Of a stretch of DNA of 64,000 bases, positions 8,623 through 18,072 are shown one piece after another. Positions within the stretch are counted from its first letter, which is position 1. Every line of letters starts with the position of its first letter. The translations under genes were made by a program, and so were the position numbers. The notes beneath the pieces were generated by a model. That model did not search any database and was not told the origin of the DNA. It saw only the letters and a program-made list of their open reading frames with translations. Where the stretch lies: assembly GCA_023255625.1 (NCBI GenBank), contig JAHFLF010000001.1, positions 94,255-158,254 of the forward strand, read 5' to 3'. The DNA comes from Candidatus Harrisonbacteria bacterium. GTDB taxonomy: Bacteria > Patescibacteriota > Minisyncoccia > UBA6257 > 1-14-0-10-44-23.

Positions 8623-9663
8623 TCAAACATGCAAACTAAGTGCATTTTCTTCGTGCATTCTTTTTAAATCATCAATTGAAGTCGGCTTATCAATTCCCGG
8701 ATATTCAGCCGTATTATCTGATTCCCACAGGCGAATCGGCAATAACTGAACTCCCTCTTTGATGCTTTCCAGAGAAACTTCTGTTGCGTCCTCACCAAAT
8801 CGAATACCGTGGAGTTGATACATACCACCTTTCAAAATAATAGGCTTGTTATCTTGAACCGCCGATTCTAAAGCAATAAATGACCATTCCTGCCCAACTT
8901 TTTTCAGAGCGCCCAGCAAACGGCCTCCTGCATATAACAACACGCGGTTTTTCTCCTCCCCAGCTGCAATGACATGATAGGCTTCAGCATTTTCACAAGC
9001 GCAAAAATCATATGTGCGAATTCTTTTAGCGCTATCAAGCTCGTATGGCGCCGACAACAATTGAATTCCGGAAACGGGAATGGCATTATCTAAATCGTAG
9101 TGCCTGGCTATCTCAGGATCAATCCCTTTAAGATCAAAGCTGGAGATAATACCCATAGGATAATACTCAAGTAACATTTTTTGAATCTCTTGCCCCTCTT
9201 TTTCAGAAAAAAGATTGCCATACACTCCAAAATTACCGCCAATAAGTCGCCCCATTTCTCTCCGCTCACCATACCCCCGATACAACCCTGACATAATGGG
9301 ACCGGCTAAGCTATTCATAATACGGTTAGCGCTGGGATGATCTCTCCAATAATCAAAAGTGAGGGTTAGTACTGATAGAGCGAGGCCGAGATCTTGCCTA
9401 TCATAAACAAGTCCGAGAATCGCTGATTCAACAGATTCAAGAAATTTAGATACCCCCTCTTTTTCTTCCAACTGGTGCAAAGAAAATTTCTCCCAAGGCC
9501 CTACAAAATGGCTTTTCAAAAGGATTGCATCGAACGTAGCAATATCGGCAATGCCGAGCCGATGTAGCCTATCAACCAATTCCGGAGACTCTTCAACATT
9601 AATAAGTTGCTCCACCGCCTTCTTGCTTTCAACTGGTTTTTCAAAAGGATTATCGTGATCCAT
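8623..9663 (-). CDS. hypothetical protein
   Basis: 346-aa ORF. Confidence 0.65.
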   Translation of the reverse strand: MDHDNPFEKPVESKKAVEQLINVEESPELVDRLHRLGIADIATFDAILLKSHFVGPWEKFSLHQLEEKEGVSKFLESVESAILGLVYDRQDLGLALSVLTLTFDYWRDHPSANRIMNSLAGPIMSGLYRGYGERREMGRLIGGNFGVYGNLFSEKEGQEIQKMLLEYYPMGIISSFDLKGIDPEIARHYDLDNAIPVSGIQLLSAPYELDSAKRIRTYDFCACENAEAYHVIAAGEEKNRVLLYAGGRLLGALKKVGQEWSFIALESAVQDNKPIILKGGMYQLHGIRFGEDATEVSLESIKEGVQLLPIRLWESDNTAEYPGIDKPTSIDDLKRMHEENALSLHV

Positions 9664-9689
9664 ATAATGATACTAGCTGATTACCGCCA

Positions 9690-9724
9690 AAACAAAAAGA
9701 CCGTCAACGACGGTCTTTTTGTTT
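9690..9724. terminator. terminator after rplL
   Basis: AAACAAAAAGACCGT-CAACG-ACGGTCTTTTTGTTT. Confidence 0.8.
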
Positions 9725-9730
9725 GAATTC

Positions 9731-10099
9731 TTATTTCAATTCCACCGTCGCTCCAGCAGCTTCGAGAGACTTCTTAAGAGTCTCGGCATCTGCCTTAGCC
9801 AGGCCAGTCTTAACTGACTTTGGAGCAGCATCAACAATGTCCTTGGCTTCTTTCAAGCCCAAGCCAGTTGCCTCACGGATAACCTTGATGACCTGAATCT
9901 TCTGCTCACCACCCTTGGTAATAACCACATCCCACGCAGTCTTCTCTTCTGCTTCGGCTGGACCAGCACCTGCGGCTGCCGGGCCGGCTGCCATTGCTGC
10001 TGAAACACCAAACTTCTCCTCCATTTTCTTCACGAGCTCTGCGAGCTCGGCAACGGTCAATTTCTCAACCGCGCTCATTATTGCGTCAAAATCTGCCAT
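9731..10099 (-). CDS. rplL: 50S ribosomal protein L7/L12
   Basis: [28 protein letters not shown]. Confidence 0.98.
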   Translation of the reverse strand: MADFDAIMSAVEKLTVAELAELVKKMEEKFGVSAAMAAGPAAAGAGPAEAEEKTAWDVVITKGGEQKIQVIKVIREATGLGLKEAKDIVDAAPKSVKTGLAKADAETLKKSLEAAGATVELK

Positions 10100-10208
10100 A
10101 AATAAGTTATAAAGTTATAAAGTTATAAAGTTCATCAAGTAGACACGGACGAACTCACAACTCTCTAACTTTTTAATTAATATTTTTAATTTCTCGACTT
10201 GATAAACT

Positions 10209-10739
10209 TTAAGAACTTGATGAACTTGCGACTAGCTCCGCGCGCTTTTTCCCGATTTCTTTCAGCGCGATGAGCAATTTGCGAATTGGGCCGGCCATCG
10301 TACCAACAACCTGCGCAAGGAGGACCTCACGGCTCGGGAGTTTAGCGATGACATTGAACTCGGCGACAGGAATCGCGCGGTTGCCCTCGCGGTCGTAGGC
10401 GCCAAGAACTTTGTACTCAATCTTGCTCTTTGCAAGCTCCTTTGAGAACTTAAAGATTGCAGCGGCAACAGAGGTCAAATCATCTTTTGCAAACACGGTT
10501 GCAACCTGCGCCTTGCTAGAGAGTGCATCCGGCTCAATGCCATGCTCTTTGAGCGCAATTTTGAGCAGACGCTTTTTAAAGACCTTGTAGGTCGCGCCAG
10601 CTTTTTTGAGCTCATTCTTCAGCCGATTGACATCTTTAGTCGGCGCGCCGGTAAAGTCAGCAAAGACGAGCGACTTGCTTCCCTTCACGAGCTTGCTACT
10701 CTCGGCAACATGCTCTTTCTTTTGTGCTTTTGTTAACAT
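10209..10739 (-). CDS. rplJ: 50S ribosomal protein L10
   Basis: MLTKAQK..., IAKLPSREVLLAQ; upstream of rplL. Confidence 0.95.
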   Translation of the reverse strand: MLTKAQKKEHVAESSKLVKGSKSLVFADFTGAPTKDVNRLKNELKKAGATYKVFKKRLLKIALKEHGIEPDALSSKAQVATVFAKDDLTSVAAAIFKFSKELAKSKIEYKVLGAYDREGNRAIPVAEFNVIAKLPSREVLLAQVVGTMAGPIRKLLIALKEIGKKRAELVASSSSS

Positions 10740-10839
10740 ACTAATATGCGATACCAATATACGAATTCATACCAATGCTACGAATGACAACGAATGAATT
10801 TCATACAATGGACCGCGATAAATTTTTCGACCTGACCAA

Positions 10840-10962
10840 TAAAAAATGGCCGCTAGGCCGTAGTGGAATCCCGTCTCATGTTACATGTTACATGTTACAC
10901 GATATACGAAAACTTCCTCGGGCAGAAATTAAGGGTTACCCCACTGCCTGTCTACGGATACA
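10840..10962 (-). ncRNA. L10 leader (rplJL autoregulatory RNA)
   Basis: CCGTAGACAGGCAG...CTTAATTTCTGCCCGAGG resembles the L10_leader core; promoter TTGACC-17-TATATT just upstream. Confidence 0.75.
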
Positions 10963-11223
10963 GACAATATACTAGAAAGTTTCGTAAAGGTCAACTCGCC
11001 ATCTCCGCAAACTAGGGGCAGGAAAGCGAAGCGGGTCCGGTCAGCAAGTAGCCGACCGGACCAGAACTTCAAGAGAGTTTTAAAATCAGGTATCTCTTGA
11101 TTACCCTTGCCGGAGGTTACCGGCGATGACTGCTCCTCTGTTTGGAGTAGCAGTGCCGAGGAGACCGACGGTAGTAAGGCGTCGTCGGTCTTGTGAGCCG
11201 CGGCAGTGGATGCCGCCGCCTCA

Positions 11224-11397
11224 TCAGAACGACCGCCTAGCCACTGCCGGCCGATGACACTGCTGCGCCATCGGCTTCTTGGTTGTCGCCTTGGGCCGAG
11301 CGACTGCAGGGCTCTGCGCAGCGGCCTTCAGTGCAGCAGCCCGCCGCTGAACCACGATCCGCCTCCTTGCCGCCAGGAAGTGATCGGCGCGACTCAC
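11224..11397 (-). CDS. possible small basic orphan protein (57 aa)
   Basis: GTG start overlapping the upstream stop (GTGA); MSRADHFLAARRRIVVQRRAAALK... Confidence 0.35.
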   Translation of the reverse strand: MSRADHFLAARRRIVVQRRAAALKAAAQSPAVARPKATTKKPMAQQCHRPAVARRSF

Positions 11398-11627
11398 GCG
11401 GACACCGAGGGCAGGACATCCACCCTCCCGATCCTGATCTGGGATGAGTCAGTCCTCATCTTCTCCGGGATGACGCCATCCGGATAGAACTGCTGGACCC
11501 GGTCCTCCATCGCCACCTCCACCGGCGGCGACTCCCGCGGATCCGCCGCTTCCAGAGCGAATCCTGCCGCGAGCGTCAGCTCGGTACGCACCCTCACGGC
11601 AGCCACACTGTCTCTCCCTCTCTTCAT
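11394..11627 (-). CDS. small orphan protein (alternative SD-led start at 11510)
   Basis: ATG after the structured leader; GGAGGTGGCG-ATG at 11510. Confidence 0.4.
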   Translation of the reverse strand: MKRGRDSVAAVRVRTELTLAAGFALEAADPRESPPVEVAMEDRVQQFYPDGVIPEKMRTDSSQIRIGRVDVLPSVSA

Positions 11628-11825
11628 CGCGCATCCTCGCTTTCTTTGTATGCGCGGTTGTCCCTGCTCGCCTGCCTCCCGAAAGGCAGATCTAATCCCA
11701 ACGAGCTTGGACGGATGCTCCGTTCTTCTAATAATTTCAAAAAAACGAAACATCCGTCCAATTAAGGACTTCAATGTGATTCAAAGAACTAAATCAGTTA
11801 TACATCTATTACTAGTTACTGTCAA
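11628..11825 (-). promoter_or_regulatory. sigma70 promoter, boxA-like motif and long-stem leader
   Basis: TTGACA-17-TATAAC; GTTCTTTGAA at 11789-11780; 24-bp G-U stem 11707-11761. Confidence 0.65.
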
Positions 11826-11858
11826 ATAACAGTAATATCAAATAGACGCATAACCTTT

Positions 11859-12545
11859 TTATTGTACTCCTCCATTTTCTTTTCGCCAAGCGTCAATCAA
11901 CTTGTGGTTCCCGCCTAAAAGTACTGGAGGTACTTTTAGAAGTTTGTAGTTTGTAGTTTGTAGTTTGTAGCGGATAGTTTCGGGTTTCGTAAAAACCGGG
12001 TACGAACCCTGATTCTCTTCCAATGATTCCGATTTGCCCAGCACGCCCGGAATTTGGCGCGAAACAGCATCAACAACAATTGCTGCCCCAAGCTCGCCGC
12101 CGGTAATTACATAATCTCCCAAAGAAATCTCCTCGTCAGCAACATACTGCGCCACGCGCTCGTCAACGCCCTCGTACCGGCCGCAAATAAAAATCAACTG
12201 GTCGTATTTTGCCAACCGCCGCGCCGCGGCGGCGTCAAAAACTTTCCCGCGAGTTGAGAACAAAATTACGCGGCTTTTCGTGCCCTTTGCCCTTTGCCCT
12301 TTGCCCTTCTTCGCGGCCGCTACTGCGGCCGCGATCGGCCCAAAACTCATCACCATCCCCGCCCCGCCCCCATAAGGCCGGTCATCTACTTTACGGTGTT
12401 TATCTTTTGAAAAAACCCTAATATCGTATGCCTGAATCTGTATCAATTTCTTTTCCTGCGCGCGCTTTAAAATAGACTCAGAAAAGTACGAATCCAAAAT
12501 CTTTGGAAAAATGGTAAGAATATCGAACCGGATCATGCGGGTCAT
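11859..12545 (-). CDS. trmD: tRNA (guanine-N1)-methyltransferase
   Basis: VDDRPYGGGAGMV, CGRYEGVDER, SLGDYVITGGE. Confidence 0.97.
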   Translation of the reverse strand: MTRMIRFDILTIFPKILDSYFSESILKRAQEKKLIQIQAYDIRVFSKDKHRKVDDRPYGGGAGMVMSFGPIAAAVAAAKKGKGQRAKGTKSRVILFSTRGKVFDAAAARRLAKYDQLIFICGRYEGVDERVAQYVADEEISLGDYVITGGELGAAIVVDAVSRQIPGVLGKSESLEENQGSYPVFTKPETIRYKLQTTNYKLLKVPPVLLGGNHKLIDAWRKENGGVQ

Positions 12546-12546
12546 A

Positions 12547-12771
12547 CTACCCTTTTGCTCGTCTTCCGGCAAATGCGAAAATTAAACCGATAACCCACAG
12601 TAAAGGCAAAACCAAAAATCCTAGAATGATAGTTCCGAAACCGCTACCCCAATCTTTTGGGAAAAATAATACAGCAAATAATAAAAGTATGATCGGAGCA
12701 ATTAAAAAAATCTTCGCAAGAACAGTAAAGGCATCCTTTGCTGGGTTCATCTTCGGACTATCATTCTCCAT
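12547..12771 (-). CDS. small two-TM protein
   Basis: Two hydrophobic segments. Confidence 0.55.
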   Translation of the reverse strand: MENDSPKMNPAKDAFTVLAKIFLIAPIILLLFAVLFFPKDWGSGFGTIILGFLVLPLLWVIGLIFAFAGRRAKG

Positions 12772-12801
12772 ATCTTTTTATTTTATCACAAAACCCGTTA
12801 C

Positions 12802-13029
12802 CTATAATAAATCAATAAATTCTTGAACCGTGAGCTCCGCTTGAATAATAATTGACTTGAGTGTCTTGGGCGCGAGCTCACGGTTATGATATGCAATCAC
12901 GACATGAAGATGTGGTTTGTCCAGAAACCGCAAATTGATATGACTACCTGTACGATGATGGATATAAAATCCGTAACGCAATAAGGCCGCTAAAACTTTA
13001 CGCGGAGTGCAATGTGGCAGTTTTGGCAT
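12802..13029 (-). CDS. hicA: HicA-family toxin
   Basis: MPKLP...GF...TGSH...ELAPKTLKSI. Confidence 0.88.
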   Translation of the reverse strand: MPKLPHCTPRKVLAALLRYGFYIHHRTGSHINLRFLDKPHLHVVIAYHNRELAPKTLKSIIIQAELTVQEFIDLL

Positions 13030-13036
13030 GCGAAAT

Positions 13037-13294
13037 TTATACCGCAACACTAACTCTCATTTGAGCCGATTCATCTTCTTTCGGTACTTGCTCTTTGGCC
13101 TTAATGAGACCGGCGACATAACATTCAATAGCATCTTTAGCCATTATGCGCGCCTCCTCCAGAGTTCTTCCTTCGGTAACCAAGCCAGGCAAAGCAGGAA
13201 CAGTCGCTGTATATCCGTGGAGTTCGTTACGCTCAAAAAAAACGGTATACTCGTAGATATTCCGCTTTATTTTTTGTTTTCGTACAATTGCCAT
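13037..13294 (-). CDS. hicB: HicB-family antitoxin (short form)
   Basis: GYTATVPALPGLVTEGRTLEEA. Confidence 0.9.
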   Translation of the reverse strand: MAIVRKQKIKRNIYEYTVFFERNELHGYTATVPALPGLVTEGRTLEEARIMAKDAIECYVAGLIKAKEQVPKEDESAQMRVSVAV

Positions 13295-13336
13295 ATTTGC
13301 ATAGTACTACAAAGCACAACGAAAATCCAACACCCG

Positions 13337-13576
13337 CTATTTCAGCAGCTTTTTCTTATGCAATCTATATACACCAAAAAGAATATAGACTACTCCAGCG
13401 CCAAAAGATGCAAGGGAAAAACACATTGCCCCATCACGGGCCCAAGAAAAACTTGTAGATTCCCAACCGAAGTTCGGCCCGTCAAAGATATGCTCTAAGC
13501 TAAAACTAAAAGATGCAGCTGCCAAAAGCCAGAGTATGCCGGCCGTCCAGAATGCAGCTTTAGGACTTTTTGGCAT
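13337..13576 (-). CDS. small membrane protein
   Basis: 79 aa with two hydrophobic stretches. Confidence 0.5.
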   Translation of the reverse strand: MPKSPKAAFWTAGILWLLAAASFSFSLEHIFDGPNFGWESTSFSWARDGAMCFSLASFGAGVVYILFGVYRLHKKKLLK

Positions 13577-13578
13577 AA

Positions 13579-14019
13579 CTAAAATTTCAGCTCATCCGCC
13601 ACCGGCCCATCAAACTTCGGCGTGCTGGGCGTGTACGGAGTGTCGTTTGGGACATACGGTGGCTCGTCTCTTGCCGGCGCGCTAGCCGCCGGTGCGGCGT
13701 ACGATGTAGTCTGCGGCTGGCGAGGCAATACTGGCCGAGCACTTGGCTCTGGGCGAACAAAGGTTGACCCCTCTGGCTCATCAATCTTTAAATTCACGCG
13801 GGCCTGATGCTTGATGCCAACAATGCGCAGCAAACTGCGAATCGCCTTTGCGGTTGCGCCCTGACGACCAACAACCTGACCCATGTCTTCTTTGTGCACC
13901 TTGAGCCGTAAGAGTACGCCCAGGTCATCAACACTCCGCTCAACCACAACTTGCTCCGGGTGATCAACAAGCGACTTTACTAAATACTCCAAAAACTCCT
14001 GATCTAAAAATTTCTCCAT
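13579..14019 (-). CDS. khpA: KH-domain RNA-binding protein KhpA with Pro-rich C-terminal tail
   Basis: EDMGQVVGRQGATAKAIRSLL; rpsP-trmD context. Confidence 0.88.
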   Translation of the reverse strand: MEKFLDQEFLEYLVKSLVDHPEQVVVERSVDDLGVLLRLKVHKEDMGQVVGRQGATAKAIRSLLRIVGIKHQARVNLKIDEPEGSTFVRPEPSARPVLPRQPQTTSYAAPAASAPARDEPPYVPNDTPYTPSTPKFDGPVADELKF

Positions 14020-14190
14020 GTGAGTAATCGCCAATATCGCGAATCTAGGCAAAATAACGCGAATGAATGCATTACAGACTAACTCGGATATTCAGCAAAT
14101 CTTTCGTAACGACCTTTTCTGTATAATGAAACTATTCTAGCAAAAATAAAAAAATCTGCAAACTCCATGCACTGATAAAATTATCCTTAG

Positions 14191-14226
14191 GCCATGTTAC
14201 AGCGTACTAGTACGCTGTAACATGGC
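14191..14226. repeat. perfect 36-bp palindrome, copy 2
   Basis: GCCATGTTACAGCGTACTAGTACGCTGTAACATGGC. Confidence 0.9.
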
Positions 14227-14232
14227 AACTAG

Positions 14233-14300
14233 CAGCGCATAGTTTCGGCCATAGGGAGCACTAAATCTTCTGTGCTCATCTTGACCGAAACTATGCGCTG
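14233..14300. repeat. long hairpin downstream of rpsP
   Basis: CAGCGCATAGTTTCGG...CCGAAACTATGCGCTG. Confidence 0.7.
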
Positions 14301-14306
14301 TAAATC

Positions 14307-14591
14307 TTATTTCTTTTCTTTAACTTTTTTGATTTCGTGATTCGCTCGGGTCTTCTGCTCAATCATCTTCTCCCGGACCAACAGGTTGTGGACGGTATCT
14401 GACGCCTGCGCGCCAACACCGAGCCAATACTTTACGCGCTCGGCATTAAAATGTGCTTTTTTCTCGCGCGGATTGTACCAGCCAAGATCCTCGGTTGAGT
14501 CTCCTTTTAACTTTGAGCGGCGCTCACCAACAACCAAACGAAACGCTGGCTGATGCTTTTTACCAATTCTTTTTAGTCTGATAGACAACAT
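14307..14591 (-). CDS. rpsP: 30S ribosomal protein S16
   Basis: MLSIRLKRIGKKHQP...EDLGWYNP...GAQASDTV. Confidence 0.97.
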   Translation of the reverse strand: MLSIRLKRIGKKHQPAFRLVVGERRSKLKGDSTEDLGWYNPREKKAHFNAERVKYWLGVGAQASDTVHNLLVREKMIEQKTRANHEIKKVKEKK

Positions 14592-14631
14592 AATAGACAA
14601 GATAATAGCTCATTCATGTCACACTTGTCAA

Positions 14632-15751
14632 TTACCACTTCTCATCATCCGCGTCGTTAAGCTCCAGGGGGACATTGCCCGGAAAATCAATTGCACTCGC
14701 GGCCCTCACAACATTGGATTCAACCCTGGCTATGCTACACCGCTTACTACTTTCTACGCGGCTATTATACCGCTTAACATTGCCGGTCGAATTATGCGCA
14801 GAGCCAATAACATAGAAGGTTTTATTTTCTCTGTGCGCATCCATCCACGCGTTCGTGGAGGCAACGGCTGCGTCTTCGCGGATTCGGGAAAGTTCGACAA
14901 GACGCTTTTGATGTTTTTCTTTGGCTTCGGCTGGAGCGCTTTCCTTAGGCGTATTCCGTATTACCTCCAACATTTCCATAGCTGCTGCGCGGTTATCACC
15001 GGTTTCCAGATTGAACTTACCCTCTCCATCAATCCGAGCCTTCCACGGCCCTCCCAAAGTTATATAAAGATTGTCCCCTTTAATAAGACGCTGCTCTGCG
15101 AGTTCGGCCAATTTTAATTCAAATCCCGGCCTATCTTCTGTAGTTGCGAAAGGCAAAAACTTTCTAAGACGAACTCTTAGGAAGTAGCCAAGAGTTGCCT
15201 TTTGGAATTCATCTAGATCAGGTCTATTCGAATTTTTATCATAGTCTTCGATCAGTGTGGCCAGAAGCTTTTGAACCGCCGCCGTATCGCCATTTCGCAT
15301 CGCAGTATTGAATAGGCCGTCGCATTGATTCAGATATTTATACAAAAAAGCAGCTTCTGTGTCAGCGGCAAGGTCAAGCCCCTCCAAAAAGAATGTATGA
15401 ATCCCATATTCCTCTCCTACATAGTTAATTAATGCTTCAATGTCTTTTTGATTTTGGATAATAAAGGGTGCGGCTCCGCTCTTCTCGTCTCTTGCGAGTT
15501 CGCCGGAACTATGGAGCTGTACCACTTCAAATATGGTACGCGGTCCGCGGATATCTTTTTTCTCCTTAAGTTCGAATCGAGATCTAATATCTCCAAGTTC
15601 AAAATGAAACGATTTTTTTGGTTCAGATTCGCGTCGAGCTATAGGGGGGGGGTTCTGGGCGTTCCGGCTCTTTACTGCAATCGAGAGCGCCAAGGGCAAG
15701 AGCCGCGGGTAAAATGAACTTCTTGAAATTGCTTTGTTCTGGTGAATCCAT
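14632..15751 (-). pseudogene. lipoprotein-like gene frameshifted at a C9 tract
   Basis: ATG at 15751 gives MDSPEQSNFKKFILPAALALGALDC; removing one C at 15644-15652 joins it to the 14632 frame. Confidence 0.65.
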
Positions 15752-15752
15752 A

Positions 15753-17972
15753 TTACGGTTTTTCGATTACTTTTTCAGCATCTTCTAATTTTATTGAAAG
15801 CAACTTACTCGTGCCGTCTGCGGCCATAGTTACACCATAAAGAACATTGGCGGCACTCATCGTCGCGCGGTTGTGAGTAACGATAACGAACTGGGTCTTG
15901 CCACCAAAATTCTCTACTAAATTCGCAAATCGTTTGGTATTATTTTCGTCCAGTGCGGCATCAACCTCATCCAACACTAAAAATGGCGGTGGGCTGACGG
16001 CGATGAGCGCGAACAACACGGCAATAGAAACCAAACTGCGCTCACCGCCAGACAGCAGATCCAATCCTTTAATATTCTTACGCGGGATGGCCAGCTCAAT
16101 ATCCAAACCCGCCTCCTGTGGCTCTTGCTCGCTCTCCCCGAGTAGAACTTCCTCGCTCGGTCCTTCCTTGGCCTCCGTAGCTTTAGCGAAGGATGGCTTC
16201 TCCAAATGCAATTTCGCCTTCCCGCCGTTAAACATCAAGCGGAAGTAATTATTAAATTCCTCGTTGACGAGGTGCAAGGACTTCGTAAATTCTTCATGCA
16301 ACTTCTTTTTTAAATCTGAAATCAACTGCTTTAAATCTTTTGTCGCCTTTTCTAAATCCTCAATCTGCTTTTCCAAAAATGCATATCGCTCCTCCATCTG
16401 CTTGGCTTGCTCAATCATGGCCGGATCAATATCACCTATCGCAGCCAACTCCCCGCGCAGCTTCAGCATCCGATGTTCAACATCTACAATTTGAACATCG
16501 CCCTGCGAAGCCTCTGGCGAAGCATGGGTAGCGTTGAATTCAGAGAGATTGCGACCCGCCTGCCGTGCCTGATGCTCAAGCTCACCGCGGCGCATGGTTA
16601 TCTTCTCCCGCTCAAACTGCAAGCGGCTCTTGTGTGTCTCCAGTGTATTTATTTCATTTTGTTTCTGCTGCACCTTTTCAAATGCGGCTTTAAAAAGTAC
16701 ATTGAACTCGCGCATCTCACCGGCAAGCTTATTTTCCATTGTCCCCAGCTCGCTCAAATGCTTCTCAAGCTGCTCAAGCTCACTAAGTAATTTTTTCTTC
16801 ACCTCGGCAAGATCGTCGTGACGGTTTTTTGCCTCGCGGCTGCCGCCGTCAAGCACGCCCTCTATTTTATCGGACAACATCGAAAGCAATTTCTTAATCG
16901 CAGCAATATCATCAGCGGCAAGCGCCTGCGCAATCGCCTCTTTGGCATCCTTCACAACCGACAGCAGTTCCGCCTCTTTGACGGTTGCCTTCGGTCTGGA
17001 TAGCAAAAACTCAATCTCCGCCTCTAGCCGGCCCAACTCTTTTTGAATCTGACCACGACGGCCAAATAATTCAGTCTGCTTCTTTTTGAAATCAGCATAT
17101 GGATCGGCTGCGGGTTTACCCTCCGTAGCTTCAGCGAAGGAGGGCTGTCGCTTTTCTACTGCCGAAAGCTCCTCTCGCAACTCATGCAAATCTTTTTGTT
17201 TTTCAGCAAGCTGGCCATCAAGTAACTTCACCTGGGGCTCAATTTTTTCTTCATCAACTTTGAGCTCAAAAAGTTTTGCGCCAAAATATTGCTGCTCAAA
17301 ACTCGCCAGCTCTTGCTTCACTTGATCATGCTTTTCAAATCGGCCGGCCTGGCGGCGCAAAATCCGAAGTGATGGCAAGAGCTCCTCAACCAGCGCCCGC
17401 GCCTTATCCAAATTAACTCCGGTTGTCTCCAATTTATTCTCCGCCTCATGCCTCTTAATCTGATACTGACGCAGGCCCAGCACCTCTTCAAGCATCACGC
17501 GCCTCTCAATCGGACTAGCTTTGATAAACAAATCAGCGTTGCCCTGGTTGATGATTGCAAATCCTTTTGTACCCAACCGCGCCTTACTGAAAAAGTCCAC
17601 AATGTCGCGCATGCGCACCTCACCTTCATTAATAAAGTAAGCAGAGGTGCCGTCGCGGGTTACCCGGCGGCGAATCGTAACCTCGGTGTAATCAACCGGA
17701 AAAAAGTGTGTGCTGTTATCAAAGGTAATTTTGACCTCGGCAAACGATGACCGCGGCCGCTGCAAAGTACCCGAGTACAACAAATTCTCGCTCTTTTCAG
17801 CGCGAATATTCTTTGCCTCGCGCTCTCCCAAAATCCAGCGCAGCGCGTCAATCACATTTGATTTGCCTGAACCGTTTGGCCCGACAATAGCCGTGACTCC
17901 CTCGCCAAACTCCAGCGAGGTCTTTGAGGCAAAAGACTTAAAACCTAATAATTCAAGACGCTTGAGATACAT
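15753..17972 (-). CDS. smc: short SMC-family ATPase
   Basis: GFKSFA, GPNGSGKSN, LSGGE, LDEVDAALD; only 739 aa. Confidence 0.88.
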   Translation of the reverse strand: MYLKRLELLGFKSFASKTSLEFGEGVTAIVGPNGSGKSNVIDALRWILGEREAKNIRAEKSENLLYSGTLQRPRSSFAEVKITFDNSTHFFPVDYTEVTIRRRVTRDGTSAYFINEGEVRMRDIVDFFSKARLGTKGFAIINQGNADLFIKASPIERRVMLEEVLGLRQYQIKRHEAENKLETTGVNLDKARALVEELLPSLRILRRQAGRFEKHDQVKQELASFEQQYFGAKLFELKVDEEKIEPQVKLLDGQLAEKQKDLHELREELSAVEKRQPSFAEATEGKPAADPYADFKKKQTELFGRRGQIQKELGRLEAEIEFLLSRPKATVKEAELLSVVKDAKEAIAQALAADDIAAIKKLLSMLSDKIEGVLDGGSREAKNRHDDLAEVKKKLLSELEQLEKHLSELGTMENKLAGEMREFNVLFKAAFEKVQQKQNEINTLETHKSRLQFEREKITMRRGELEHQARQAGRNLSEFNATHASPEASQGDVQIVDVEHRMLKLRGELAAIGDIDPAMIEQAKQMEERYAFLEKQIEDLEKATKDLKQLISDLKKKLHEEFTKSLHLVNEEFNNYFRLMFNGGKAKLHLEKPSFAKATEAKEGPSEEVLLGESEQEPQEAGLDIELAIPRKNIKGLDLLSGGERSLVSIAVLFALIAVSPPPFLVLDEVDAALDENNTKRFANLVENFGGKTQFVIVTHNRATMSAANVLYGVTMAADGTSKLLSIKLEDAEKVIEKP

Positions 17973-18072
17973 GAATCAGTTAGTTTGTTAGTTAGTCCAT
18001 AGTTAGTTAGCAAAAATCGGATACATCTATTGTACTAAGTAACTAACCAACTAACAACCAACTAACCAAATC

